Source: the human T2T-CHM13v2.0 reference genome, Homo sapiens. From it: DNA of 64,000 nucleotides. The stretch lies in the NCBI RefSeq assembly GCF_009914755.1, contig NC_060939.1; one strand, written 5' to 3'. The position numbers and the translations under genes are program-made. The notes under the pieces were generated by a model, which saw only the letters and a program-made list of their open reading frames with translations, had not been told where the DNA came from and did not search any database. This document shows, piece after piece, positions 39,401 through 55,050 of this stretch; the first letter of the stretch is position 1, and every line of letters begins with the position of its first letter.

Positions 39401-40518
39401 GACTGAAAAATGACTCAGAGAAAGACCCCGGCTGGAGAGTTCCTTCTTTCTCACACTCTTTGTGGTACACGTATGGCTTCATTGCCTCCCTTACTTCAGG
39501 GAATGAAAAGAGAGATGGGATCTCTGTGCATGTGTCATCAGGTCCTTAGGGGACCAGTAGATTCCTTCCTTTAGCTTCTCTGCAGATAAAACCAATCCTT
39601 AGAGACCCGAAGCAGAGCTCTTTGGAGAAAGCAGCAGGGGCTCCTTCCTGGAAGTGCCCCATGGGATCCTCCCTGGAAAGAACCCAGAGTGCAAAGGCTG
39701 CGAGCCGTGCCCCTCCCGGGGCAGGCTGGGAGGCCTCAAGCTGAGTGCTGATTTGCTGCTGACACCAGCAGCGGCTTCTGCTGCTTACTTTGAGGCCTTC
39801 TGGAAATTTGCTTGGAAATACTTCTGTAAAGCTCTCCCTCCCAGGGGCAGAAGGAAGGCTCTCACTGTGGAGTGTTATGTGCTGAGATGTTACAGGTGAG
39901 ACACTCAGCATCAGACCACAGCAGCTCAGGCTTGACAAAAGGACCAACATATCATCAAAGTCAACTTCACAGGAAAAGATTCAGAGGGCCCTCCCATCCC
40001 ATGATATTTTGCTCTAGAAAGAGCAGGTCACGAATGACAGAGCAGGGGTTGGGTGCATCAGCCCTAGGGGTTTTGAACTCATCCAAAAAGGGTAACTTCT
40101 TCCAGGCCATTTCATTCTGCCTCTACTTCCCCATACCATTCCTGCCCCACCTGCAACTGCCAAATAGCGGCTCCATCAATGACCTGGTTCCTGGGATGCC
40201 CTGGACCGGGAGATTGTTTCAGAGTTGGGTGGTCAGGGAGCCATGATGGGCCCAGAAAGACAGTAGAGAGCCAGGACTAGCCAGCAGAGTGGGGCTGACT
40301 TCCTGGGAGAGTAGAGGCTGGCAGGGCCTCTGGGGAGGGGTGGTGATGTTGGCATTAGAGCAAATCACGCCAGTGGATCAGCTCTGGGAAGGGTGAATGA
40401 GGCCTTGTTTGTGCGCCTGAAATATCAAAGCCAAGGATGGAGAAGTTCTTTTTGATTCCATCACCCTTAAGGCAGAAAGGGACCACTGATAAGCCACAAG
40501 CAGTCTTCACACATCTCC

Positions 40519-40887
40519 TGTGGTTTGTCTGTGTCCCCGCCCACATCTCATCTTGAATTGTAATCCCCATAATCACCATGTGTTGTGGGAGGGATCCGGC
40601 GGGAGGTAATTGAATGAAGGGGGCTGCTTCCCCCATACTGTTCTTGTGATGGTGAGTGAGTTCTCACAAGATCTGATGGTTTTATAAGCATCTGGCATTT
40701 CCCCTGCTGGTACTCGTTCTCTCTCCTGCTGTCCTGTGAAGAGGTCCTTCTGCCATGATTGTTAAGTTTCTTGTGGCCGCCCCCCCGCCACAGCCATGCG
40801 GAACTGTGAGTCAATTAAACCTCTTTTCTTTATAAATTACCCAGTCTCAGGTATTCCTTCTTAGCAGCGTGAGAAGGGAGTAATATA
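40519..40887 (+). mobile_element. THE1C/D-like solo LTR
   Basis: ctgtgtcccc...atctcatcttgaattgtaatcccc...gaactgtgagtcaattaaacctcttttctttataaattacccagtctc. Confidence 0.88.
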
Positions 40888-41384
40888 CCATCTCTCTGCT
40901 AGAACATGTCTGGAAGGGAGATAAAGATATTTATGTGTTCAGTTTTACAATTATATTGTTTGTGCACACACACACACACACATACATATACCTAGGATAA
41001 GGTTCTCGTACTTTTCAAAATTTAAAATGGTACCTATTCCATAGACTATGCTTAGAAAACAAGTGCTTGATTTACTAAACTAAGCCCAGGGAAGGTTTTA
41101 ACAATTGATAGTGGTAAGTAAGTGCCCTTGTCCCTTACTAATTCTAAATTTTACCTACTTGTCTGACAAGCAGTTTGAATTGTCTGAAGGCCCTTTGTGA
41201 ATTCCCAAAACTGGGCATGTGTTTGGTTGTTTGTGGTTGACAGTGTGAGGAGTAAAAAAGGTTTCCCTAGAGCGTCTGTGGGGTTTCTTTCAATATGACA
41301 TGTAGAAGAATGTAGCATTTAGATGTGAGAAATTACTCAAAACAGACTCCATTCATAACTAAAATGCTTGTTGTGCCCTGGGTT

Positions 41385-41399
41385 GCGCGCGCGCGCGCG

Positions 41400-41442
<43 letters not shown>
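41385..41442. repeat. (GC)12(AC)17 compound microsatellite
   Basis: Direct reading; uninterrupted purine-pyrimidine alternation. Confidence 0.97.
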
Positions 41443-41444
<2 letters not shown>

Positions 41445-42105
41445 GTTTTGAAAGAAGAGTGGGAAGGAAGCAGAAAATTAAGAATAGCCTTTAAGAAGAC
41501 ACAGGTGGCTCCGGGCGGGAAGTGCTGCTGCTGTGATGCCCCCGGAAATGCTGTCCTGCCAACACTGAGGGTCTTTTGGGCCAGTGGGCCTCATGGGGTC
41601 CTCTGCCTGGCAGGGGGAAGGTGGGCAAAGGCTGGTGCCCAGGTCTGTGCAGGCTACTGTGCTTGTTTTGGGGAGAGGGGCCGTGCCAGCTCCACCCGGG
41701 AGCAGGATCCACCCTTCTGTTTCTTTGCCACGTGCAGGCTTCTCCCTGCCCATTCTCTTCTCAGCAGAGCTGCCACATGGATCCTGGGCTCATCCTCCAT
41801 TAGCCCTTCAATCTTGTAAATGACAAGGAAAAGAGAATAGGTGGGTGGAAATGAGATTCAGAGAGGACAGCTATGGAGAGGGATGTGGCCTCAGCCCTGT
41901 GCACACCTAGCCTGTCCTCCCTGAGGCTCTGCTGGGAGCAAAACCTCCCTACACAGCAGAGCAGCCAGACTCCTGGAAGTCTCCACAGAGCGTGGTTGCA
42001 GGTGCAGAGGGGCCCCTCAAATCAGTTCAAATTCTATATATTTTAAAACAAGGCAGAGAACATTGTCACACTGCAGCAGCATCACAGCTGAGTCCAGTTC
42101 ATTTT

Positions 42106-42165
42106 GGTCTCCCATCCAAGTACTAACCAGGCCCAACCCTGCTTAGCTTCTGAGATCAGATGAGA
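42106..42165 (-). pseudogene. 5S rRNA pseudogene fragment (about nt +33 to +92)
   Basis: Reverse complement TCTCATCTGATCTCAGAAGCTAAGCAGGGTTGGGCCTGGTTAGTACTTGGATGGGAGACC matches recalled 5S rRNA at 57/60; all three mismatches are at CpGs. Confidence 0.92.
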
Positions 42166-43699
42166 GATCACCATGAACCCTCTTAGAGGGATCCCACAAG
42201 AAGTTCCTGGGTTGAGAGGATCTATGACCTAGAAGCTTGATGCATGCATGATTCATGGAATCTTCATTTCCTTGGGATATTGTTGCTTCTAGTGGGTGCA
42301 GGCTGGAGGAAGAGAGTTGAGTGTTAAGAGGGAAAGAAGTGCAGCTGGCTGGATTTAGGTGAGGCTGTCAGAAGCTCAGAGGAGAGGGACAGTGATATGC
42401 CTCACACTGGGCTGCGTGAGGCCAGGGGCAGGGGAACCACTGGAGAGCTTGTCATGGCGGAAGTTGGAGCCGGGCTTTCCTGAGACGCTCTGACAGGTGA
42501 CAGGGTTGGAGGCATTTTGAGGGGGGTGTGTGAGTAGACTGGTAAGTGGGAGCCAGCGGGGGGGACCCAGGGGTAGGAGCAGCTTGTTCACAAGCTGACA
42601 TGTCTGTACTTCTTGGATTCTCTTTTCCAAACCATTGGTAATCCCCTCTCCTCCCTTTCGAACCCATTTTGATATGGCTTGAATAGTGTTCTCACGTTCT
42701 GTTCTGTAGTCTGGAGTGGCTAGAGCATCAGTTCTGTGATACACCTGACAATTCTGCCTTCTAGATACATTTCACCATCATTTTTTCAAGTTCTATAATG
42801 TACATGTGCATTAATCAGTATTGCATATCCAAATACTCCTTGGGTGACTTTATATCATTATCATTTACTTCATGACCTCTCCAATTATTCTTTTATTTTT
42901 CCTTCTATGATTTTGATAATTTCCGTGCTTTAAGTAAATCACTTCAGTCTGAAGATTGGTAAATTATCTAGTATTTAATAGCCTTAGTTGCAAACTCAGG
43001 GTGGAACCCTTTTGATATATTATCCAACTACTTCATAAGCATGCAGGCATGGATTTTGGGGGGCTAATTTATCTGACTTTCATTTTCTTATCAAATAGTG
43101 GTTCCAAACATTGTTATTTAGAGAGAAGCATGTTGTGAGACAAGCTAGAAAGTGGTTTCTAGTCTCTATTCTGTCTCTCCCTTTTGACAAGCCATGTAAC
43201 CATTGTAAGCCTTAGCTCTTCTACAAAAGGAGGTAATATTCATCTCTTTTACATCCATATGTAGATTTGGTTAGGAGAATTGTGCACACATACACATACA
43301 TACACAACAAAACTGTGTTAATGTCTGTCATTGGTGCAACCACAATTTAAGCTTTAGTAAGTTTCTGTGCCTGAGATGCCTGATATTTTTTTCTGTATAA
43401 TTAATTCAGAGGGAAAGAGTGCAGATTCTTCAACAGTGCTGGATTATAGCACATGATCCCCTAAGTGCACGGTCCTGCCTATGAATTCACATATGCTCGT
43501 CTTTTTCTCCTGTATTTGGCCCCTGCTTTGGCCTTGCCATTGGCTACTTGTGCCTTTGCCTTCAGCATCAAGACCAGAACAATTCAACATCAACTTCAAA
43601 AATAAATACTGGACGTGACCTCCAAGAGCATGCACGGTTTGGCTCATGCCTGCCCATTGGCCTGTTGGCTGTTGGCATCTCGAATATGCCACACTCCTT

Positions 43700-44035
43700 C
43701 CTTCTCAGCACTGAGGCATTGCTCATGCAGTTCCTTCTACCTAGAATGCCTTTGCCCTTACTCCTCATCCTCCCCATTTTCAACTAGGTAATTACTCTTG
43801 TATGTCTTTCAGATTTCAGCTCCATTGTTCATAGAGGAGCCCTAAACTAGATCAGGGCTTTAAGCTCTCACAGTGTATGCACTGTCTCTTTATAACGCCT
43901 GTCACAGATAAGTATTCTAGGATTATCTGCACTTCTCATCGGGCATGAACTGTCCTTCTTCTTGCTGCTATATTCCTAACATCCAGCTCACAGGTGTTCA
44001 ATAAGTATTTGTTGAATGAATGAGTGAATGAGTGC
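43700..44035 (+). mobile_element. L2 LINE 3' end
   Basis: gttccttctacctagaatgcc...caataagtatttgttgaatgaatgagtgaatga. Similar L2 ends near 27470, 32240, 38980 and 45280. Confidence 0.7.
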
Positions 44036-46490
44036 GTTTAGTTTTTGAAACTTGTTCTAGTGTGTGCACCAAGACTTTTTGTTGTCGTAATACCCAATGA
44101 ACACACAGAGACAGCCATGACTCCTGCCCCTTGAGCCAACGAGCCTGTTTACTCGGTGGCGGGGAAGGTGGCTGGGCTGCTCTTCTCCAGGCTGGATGCC
44201 CCCCAAAAGACCCATAGTGTGATTAGTTTGCCTTCTGGTTCCTTGGTCCCTTTGGGTTCTTAGCCCCTTGGGTGCCCCAGGCCTTCATCTTTTCTTTCAT
44301 ATCTTTAGCAGGCCTCTGTGCCCCACATCACTTTTCTTCTCTTTCCCCAGCAGTCTTGCCTGGCCCTGTCTCCCTCTCCAAGCCCCTCTTTCCAGTGTAT
44401 CTGTACCCGTCTCTGGACTGTGAATCCTGCCCTGCCCTGAACCTTTCCTTAACTGTTGGCTTCAACTGCCATCAGAATGTTCCACCCTCAAAATTCTCAG
44501 GGGTTGGTGCCCTGGTTCTTTGGCTGGGTGGACTACAAGGCCCCGAGGACTGGGTCCAGCCTTTACTTCTGAGTGGTCTCAGCCTTCAGCACCCAGTAAC
44601 CACACAGCAGTGCATGGCGACTTGATTTTCCCGCCTAAATCTTAACCAAGTTTCCAAGGCCATCGTGGTCACTTGTGTGACCCCTCTGCTGCAGCTTCAC
44701 AATTTCACCACACTCATCTGCTTTGGTTGAGGAGAAACTTCTGTGGATACATTGGCAGGCCTAGCTGGGGAAAGTTGGGGACCACAGGACTTCCTGCTAC
44801 CTTACTTGGCTCAACCCCCTAGGACACTCCTGACCTGAAGCGGCAGCTGTCCCCTGTCACCCCTAACATTGCATACCCCAAAGTAGCTCACACTCCAAGG
44901 CTGCAAATGCTTGTGTTCTTCCACTCTCAGGGCTGGGGCTAGGCCATGGAGGAGGAGGAAAGGCCATTCTAGTGGCTCAAAGAGCCAGTGCAAAAGCATT
45001 GCTTATGGTGGCTTCTTCAGGGGTTGCAGATGTGTATAGCTCTAAGAAATATAAACTCATGCCCCCCAACAATGCCTCATGCTTAACCAGCTCTCTTTCT
45101 GGCCTCATGTGTCTACTGGGAAAATTGAGGCCTCCTCTCTGATTTGATTGTGTCTTACTTACAGGTGTTTAGTACCTGGGAGTGAGAGGCCCATCTAATC
45201 AGAGCTGGCCTTGGGCTCTGCAGCTTACCCTGGTCACTCTTGGTACTCCTGGAACAAGGAATACTTTATACTTTTCTCATTCATTTATTCATTCAGTCAT
45301 CCAGTCATTCATTTAACAGTTGTTGAACACCTATGTGCCAGGCATTAGCTATGTACTGGGGATACAAAAAGTGTTAGGCAAACAGAAACAGACATTCACC
45401 CTCAGAGAGCTTCTGCCCTGACAAACTTTGTATATGAAGAGAGTAAGTTTTGTAGAGCAATTGGCTGGAGTAAGGTGTGTGAGATAATAGTGCAAGCTGA
45501 GGCCAGGAAAGGAGGCTGAGATGCTATGAGAACTTGCTATAAGAACTTGCAGACCAGGTTCAAAATTTCAGCTTTTATCCTAGAAGCCTTGGGAAGCCTT
45601 TGAATGAAGGGTCTTAAGCAGAGGAGATAAATGATCACATTTTTTTTTTCCTTTTAAGTGAGGACACCTGCGCCGTGTGGCACACAACTTAGAAGAAGGC
45701 AAAAGTGGAGATTGGTCAGAAGGCCCACTGGGAAAGGGAGAGCCTTGGAGGGGTGAAAGGATTTGACATGTAACCCAGTTGAGGAAAACTGACAGGCTGT
45801 GAGGTCAGGGATCTCTGCTCATTGTGAAAGCAAACACAGAGGGAGATAATTGTAACTTGAATTTGAGGCAGGTTGAGGTGGCTTTGTAAGAGGCAGGCAA
45901 GGCTAGGACAAGTGACAGGAGTGAGGGACTGGAGCTCCGGAAAGGTAGTGCCTGGTCAGGGCTGCAGGATGGCCGTTCCCGAAGCAGGAGGGCTCCAAGG
46001 GAGTCTCCAAAGCCTGCTCATCCTGGTCTTTTCAGAGCTGCTCTGAGCATCCAAGAGGTCCAGAGAAAAGGTGCCGTGGAGACACACACAGGCTGACAGA
46101 AGCTGGGAAGGGTCAGCGTGGACCACAAGTGAAGACGACCTTAGCAGATGGAGGCAGTCTGTCAGATCCCCTCCACCACCCCCTGGGCCAGTGTGCCGCA
46201 GCTGGGGGCAGGCCAGCCCCTCTATCACTTACTATGGCTGCCGTTTTGTGCCTGGCCATCCATCATAGACAACCTTCAACTGGAATCTCTCCTAATGAAG
46301 CCCTACCACACAGAGGCAGTCAGCCCTGCAACGGTGTAGGCTCGAGGCCATGGCCGCAGCAGGAGGCAGTGGCAGTAGAGGGTGGCAGTTAGGGGGCAGG
46401 AATCACTGGACTCTCAGAACCCCATTGGGGTGTGGCTTCCTCAAGCCCTCCAAGGCAAGACATACACTGGGACAAATAAATAAGTTTTCA

Positions 46491-46817
<327 letters not shown>

Positions 46818-47932
46818 TCAGCAGGAGACAGCAGGCACATCGATGGCACCAGAGGAAGATGCCGTGACCTTGAAGGATCAGTGTTGGAGTGGTTATCCCA
46901 AGGATGGGGCCAGTGCTGCACCTCCTGCCCTCAATTTCTCCATTTATAAAATGGAGATAATACAGTCATCCCTACCTCACAGAGTTGTCATGAGGGTTTT
47001 ATATATTAGTTGATATATTTAATAACTAGAGCAGCCAGACACATCCCAAATGCTAGTCAGTATTATCATGATTTCATCAGGCATTGCCCATTTACATGAA
47101 ATGCTTGGACTCTGGTGGCATAAACCCTGTTATTATTGATGTGATTCCATCTGCTCAAAAAGTGCACATTTCAGGTTAAAGATTGAATGGTAATGATAAG
47201 ATTCAGTTTTAGGATTACATAGTAGGACAGTTTGGAGAAATCGTTTCCCAACATGCTTATTAAAGTGGAAAGGATAGGGAATTCAGAATCAGAAGGCCAT
47301 GGATATTTATTGGAGTATCCTTCATATTCTGGAGCCAGTGCTAGGGGCCAGAAATTCAATGGCCAGCATGATAGAGATGGCACCCGCACTGATGGAGCTG
47401 CTGACTCTGCTGGGGAGACAGACAAAAAGAGTTAAAAATGATTACAAATTATGATTAATGCTAGGAAGGAAAAAAATCCAATAGGAATAACAGGATATGA
47501 GTTTCCTACTTTGGGTCATGAAAATTTTCTCACTTATGGTGACACGAAGCTGAGTGTTGCTACTCAAAGGCAGGAGTTGAGGTATTTGGGAGGTAGAGGG
47601 GAGAGTTCTGAGCAGCAAATGGTTTTCTTGCCCAGTTAGGTGATCTTAGGCTCCGTGATCTACATTAGTCTCAGTTTCTACATTTGTAAAATGGGGATAA
47701 TCTTATCTACCCAGATGACCACGCAGAGCTGGTATGAGGGTGAAGTGAAGCGATATGAATTTTGTTAACCATAGATGAGTGCCCTAACCCTAAGTCCTAA
47801 TGAGGACTTCCAAACGAGGAAAGAATTCACTGATATTCTTCTCGCATTTTTTTCTATCCTCCAAATTTTGTTCACGTGTATAACCTGACTGTCACACAGT
47901 GGCTGAAGGTCGTGTTGAGAAGAAATGACCCT

Positions 47933-48133
47933 TGTAAACCAAGAGTATTTGAGATAGAACTCAGTCAATTTAGAAAGTCTGTTTTGCCAAGGTTAAGAAT
48001 GCGCCCATGAGGCAGCCTTAGGAGGTCCTGGAGACACGTGCTCATGGTGGTCAGTACAGTTTGGTTTTATACATTTTAGGGGAACATGAGACATCAATCA
48101 ATATATGTAAGATGTACATTGGTTTGGTCCAGA
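47933..48133 (-). mobile_element. MER4-group ERV1 LTR fragment
   Basis: ttttgccaaggttaag...ttggttttatacattttaggg...gagacatcaatcaatatatgtaagatgtacattggtt. Confidence 0.75.
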
Positions 48134-51100
48134 AGCACCCTGGAGTTGAGAATAGCAGTGCTAATGCGATGAGGTTACTGAAGGGAGACAAAGATGATTC
48201 CCTGGATGACAGATGTCTGAGCTGAGTCTTAGAAGATGAGAAGGAGATTACAGGTTTTTGTAAAGCTGAAAAGCCAGAGAAAATTTTAATGTGGAGTGCG
48301 TGGTGCATAGTTAAATGTTCAGTAGATACCTTCCCCTTCTAAAACTTGTTCTGGAAGAAGGTCATAGTTAACGTTACTTAATGTTCACCAATCTCCCATG
48401 AAGTTCTGGAAACAGAGAGGAAGACATGCTTTTCCCTGGGTGCTCAGGAATGGGACTTCCATCCATTAGCTCATCCACACATGTGTGATGAACTGAAGGA
48501 CACTCCAAAGATAGGAAGCATCTAAGGGAAGGACTGCCCGGCGATCTTTTTGCTGTAAAGGAATATGTGGGGTTAGGATTAAGACTCGGCAGGTTTGCAA
48601 AAACATCTCATTTCACACATGTGAGGAAACAAGACAAGTGATAACATGAATGAATTTAGGAACTGCCCTCCTCCGGGAAGAAGACCAGTCCTCCCGGGCT
48701 GGACAGTGGAGCATCAGCCACGGCTATGCTTCTTCTGTTTGATGTGGCCCTCATGGACAGTGCCATGCTGCTGATTACATCACAAGTTCACTGCAAACCC
48801 AGGTGACCATCTGGCCTGTGCCTACAGCTTCTGAATGGGGCTCTCTGTGTGAGTGTTACTGTATTGGTGATTTTGAGAATATTGAGGGAGAAAGAGACAT
48901 CACTTGGTTGGTGAAGAAGTTGCCCAGAGCTGGACGTAGCCAGGTCAAGTTCTGATAAAGACACTTTCTCAGCGCTTCACCCTGAAAGACTGAAGCGCTG
49001 AAGCAAGCACTTTCACAGGGCACCTCTCAGGCAGCCTTCAGGTGAGAGGGAGAGAGAAGGACCCTTCTGAAGGGAACGAGGAGGGCAGAGAGCTAGGGAG
49101 GGAAGGTCAGAAGGAGAAGGGCCTGACCTTGAGATGCCATGGGCTTTAGGCTTTCTGTGCCTGTTTGAGGCTATTTCCCTGCTGAGTCTGAGTCCCATGT
49201 TCAAGGTCACTTTCATGGAGTCTATGGAAAACACCTCCCCAAGCTAAGTGACCTCTCAAAATTTTGGCTTTGAAGTTGTAAGAGTTAATCTGCGTGAATG
49301 CCCCAGTGTAGGTGAAGAGGAGAGTCAAAGGAAGACAGCTGGAAAAGAAAGGTGTAGGAGGGGCAAGAGAAACCAGTGGCTCTGAACAGAGAAGGGGGGT
49401 TGTATCAAGACAGGTCAAGGGTCCTGTGGGGCAGATTCCTAAGGTCATGAGGAAGGAAGACATTGACTTGCGCTGGCAATGACAATCACAAGGAAGTTCA
49501 GGGATCATGCAGAGGTGAGGGGTGTGGGAAGTCAGGAGACTGCTTGGGCTTGTCAGGGGGCAGGCATAGGGATGGTAGTGGGTCCAGACACGAAGGGTTG
49601 GCACTTTCTCCTTTTTCACGGCTCTCTTTTCCCACTAACAGCCTCAGCTCGTGGCACAGTTCTGGACTCAGCAGGGAATGCTGTTCATGGAGAGTGGTAA
49701 TGCAGGGACCCCCACATCTTGTGGAAGGAAGACCTCACATTGCAAAGCAGTCAGTTCTCCCCAAATGAACAGATACATTTAACACAATTTCCATCAAAAT
49801 AGTGTGAGGTTTTTTTTTTTTTTCTTTTGGAACTTGTAGTAGTATTTCTACTATTTATTTTGAAGAATATATTTTGGATGAACAAGTGAAACTAGCCCAG
49901 AGAAAAGGAACAATAAATAAAATAAATGGGCAAAAGCTTGTGCTGTTAGCTTTAAAGTGTATTTAAAATAAATCTGAAATCATTTAAACAGCATGAACCT
50001 TGGTGGCCAAATAGATCAATGACAAAGAGGAGAAAACCTAGATACAGGTTCATTTTTGCCTTATATGCTTTGAGATTAGTGTTTCTATTTAGAGCTGTGA
50101 CTAATACAGATGCATCACGGCTGAGAGCAAAGCGAGGTGAATGTCCCTATTAATTGCCACCATGGTGCGAGGCTGGAATGAGGGTGTGGCCAGCTAAGAG
50201 GGGATTTGCTCTTCTTGCCCTAGAAGTTCCTCATTGTTTCCTGTCCTGTCTTGTGTCCAGCTGCTTAGCACACTTCCTTTTGGTATTTAATGCTTTTTAT
50301 AGCTGGAACCCTGAGGTTCCTCAGAAATCTGCACATGCTTACTAGATGGTGCTCTGGATTTTCTTTAAAGATAGGAAGAAAAAGGCAAAGGCAGGTCTGT
50401 GACGCTTCTTACCTCGAGCAGAGCTGGTGGAGTGAATGCCATGGCTCCAGCTGCACCCCCAGCTGATGAAAATGGCCTTCCATTTGCTGAGATTCTTCCC
50501 TTTTCTCCCCCAACCCCCATCATCAATATGGGCACTCCGTAGACTGCAAATGTGAGCTTTCATCCTTAAGTATATTGAGGCGTGACTTTTCCTAATAAAG
50601 GTGGCATTCCAAATCAGTGTAAAGCATTCAGTAATTGATACAGAAATCACCTAGTCATTTTTCCCCCCAGAGTCTGCTTGGGGGCAGGCCAGGTAGTGTT
50701 CTGGATTCAAAAATTCACCATGTGAACAACAGAAAATGAAGTTTTTTTGTTCCCAGGGAACAGGGAGCTCTTAGTGAAGAAGAAACACAGTAAGTGATGA
50801 GTCAACCAATTAACAGCTTGACAGGAAACTGGTGAGATGAAGAAAAATGAATCCAGCTAGGACAATAGACACAGATGGAGGTGGGTGGTAGTCAAGGAAG
50901 ACTCCTTGGATAAGCTGGTGTTTGGGCAGAGGCCTGAAGAAGTGTAAGCCATGCTATGGGGGTATCTGGGTAAGAACGTTCCAGGAAGTGGTGGGTACAG
51001 CAAGTGCAGAGATGCACCTTGTGGATTGACTCCTTGAAGTGAATCCTTTTTAATACCTCCTTCTTTACATGGCAAGATTTTTGTCAGTGATCATGCAATC

Positions 51101-51779
51101 AATTACCATCTTCATTTATTCTTTTTTTAATGAGTATAAACTTGCCATTTTTAATTAAAGTTACTTACAATTGAATTAGCTAAAAAGTCTAGTGCATTTG
51201 AAACAAAATTGTTTATAAGCTAGCTATGTTTACAGAATGAAAAGTAAAATTAAAGATAAAGACATTAATATTCTAAATTAGCACTTTCCAAACTGTGTTC
51301 TAAAAACCAACACTCATAACACAAGGAGATGAGAATAATGTACACTGGACAGCCCCTGTGGGGCTGGTGGTGGTGTTGGTTGTTGTTCCTTTTAAAATAA
51401 GCTTCATCCCAGGGTGCTCTCAAGGCGCATCTTTGTGGCCCATTTGGTGCTCCTGCACAATGGGAAAAAATCAAATGCAGATACACTGTGGTGCCAGAAG
51501 AGAAAAAGCTGTTCCTTCTTCCAAGGCTAATGTCCAAAGTAGTACATATTGATTTAGGTCTGGAACGCAGTGAAAAACTAATTTTTCGTAAAAAACATTA
51601 AATAAAAGGAACCTATCCTTCTCACTGTGTTCAACATTGTCTTAAGGTATAAAGGCATCAAATAGCTACACTTTTTCTGGGATTGCTTATTTGCTAACTG
51701 ATTTTTCCTTCCACCACGACGTCTAAGATTAAATGAGAAATTGATACTTAATATTTAGAATCTGGATATCAATATGTAG

Positions 51780-52121
<342 letters not shown>

Positions 52122-53106
52122 CCAATTTCTTAAACTGATTGCTGAAGAGGGCAACCAAATGGCTGAAATAATTTTAGAATAAAGGAGTGTCTCCCTTGGT
52201 AGTATAGTTGTACTCAAAATTTTATTGTAAGATGAGTCTGGCCGGCCGTGCTGTCATTAAGGAGCATGAACGTTGTTGCTGAATAAAATGCTCAGTAGAT
52301 ACCTCTGGGTTGTCAGAGGGGCTGGACTCTAATACTGTATCTCCAGGCCTCTGCAGGTTAGGGATGTGGTGCATGTGTAGGTCTTCTCCAACTTCAAATT
52401 TATCTGTCCTTCAGCTGCTGCCTCACAGATCCCAGGAGGGAACACCATCCCCTGTTGCTGGTCCAACTTGGGGCTGGCCATGATAAATTCATTGGGCTGG
52501 CAGACAGTGGTAGCGACTCCTCCCAGGGCAATCCAGGGGTTTAGTATGGTTTGGCCACCCATTACAGATGTTCCTGCTTCCTCAGCTGCGTCTTTAAAAC
52601 CCTGGATAATCAGAGACATCATTTTATCCCTTTCCCTGTCGGTCATTTTATGACTGACTCCAAGGAGCATCAGCATATTGTCACATTCCGTGACCCACAT
52701 TGCGTAGAGGTCACTGAAGACACTGGCACGTGCTATCCTGCCCATCATGGAAGGGTCGTCTACGATCCGGTAAACGTAATCTGTAGTTTGAACCAAGGAA
52801 AGCCCACCGTGCCTCAAAGGAATGACACGAGTATCCATTCCAATGCCAAGCCTTGGCGTAACGGCTCCCAGAAACTGCTCATCTTCTTGGAAGTGGTTCT
52901 CCTATAAAGATTACAGCAATTTTTGCAGGACATCTTGGGGCACTTTGCAGCCTGTGCCCTTCAGTTCAGTGAATCTGGTTAGCCGGAAGCTCTTGTCCAA
53001 TTCGTAACTTTCGGGGTTAAAGGACTCACGCGTAGACATGGTTCTTGGGTCCGCTCTCCTCACAGCTTGCCCCCTCCCCACCCTCTGCGGGTTGGCTGGG
53101 TTCTTT

Positions 53107-54491
<1,385 letters not shown>

Positions 54492-54777
54492 TCACGCCTG
54501 GGCGCTGCTGGGGCTCGTTTGGCTCGGCGCGACCCTGTGGAGCCGGGACTCTGCGCTCCCGTCAGCTGGGCCGGGGGCTGGTTTATTCTTTAGTTTTAAG
54601 ACAATTTAAAGTATATACATTTCAATTTAAAAGATAATATTCAACTTAAGGAAAATATTGAATACACTTCTTATGTTTTTCTTTTAAAAAACATAGCTGC
54701 AGCTTAAAGAAATATATTGTGTTCACTTTTTAAATTTTAAACACAAAGTGGTAAGATAGAACAATAAAATCGAAGTG

Positions 54778-55050
54778 GCTTAGCTCAGGCTGCTATAAAC
54801 AGAAACATCATAGACTGGGTGGCTTAAGCAACAGGAATTTATTTCTTACCGTTCTGGAGGCTGGGAAGTCCAAGATCACATGGTGGAGAGAGAGAGATCA
54901 TCTCTGTCATGTCTGTTGTTATAAAGGTGCTAATCTTATCCATGAGACCTCCACCCTCATGACCTAATCACTTCCCAAAGGCCCCCTCCTGATACCATCG
55001 CTTTGGGGATTAGGGCTCCAAATTTTGGGGGGATACGTTCAGTTCATAAC
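54778..55050 (-). mobile_element. MLT1-type MaLR LTR
   Basis: caggctgctataa...catagactgggtggcttaag...gttctggaggctgggaagtccaagatc...ctcatgacctaatcacttcccaaagg. Confidence 0.78.

Noticed and set aside
48969-49001. 11-bp inverted repeat tcagcgcttca / tgaagcgctga
   Set aside because: Too short for a pre-miRNA and has no supporting context; may be chance or a local template switch.
50400-50660. Minus-strand exon ending at a GAG/GTAAG donor near 50414
   Set aside because: An isolated splice-like motif; no partner exons or coding signal.
52902-52955. Selenocysteine recoding or SEPHS2 identity
   Set aside because: The motif is GTGCK (Thr, SEPHS1 type) and the in-frame stops are TAA and TAG, not TGA.
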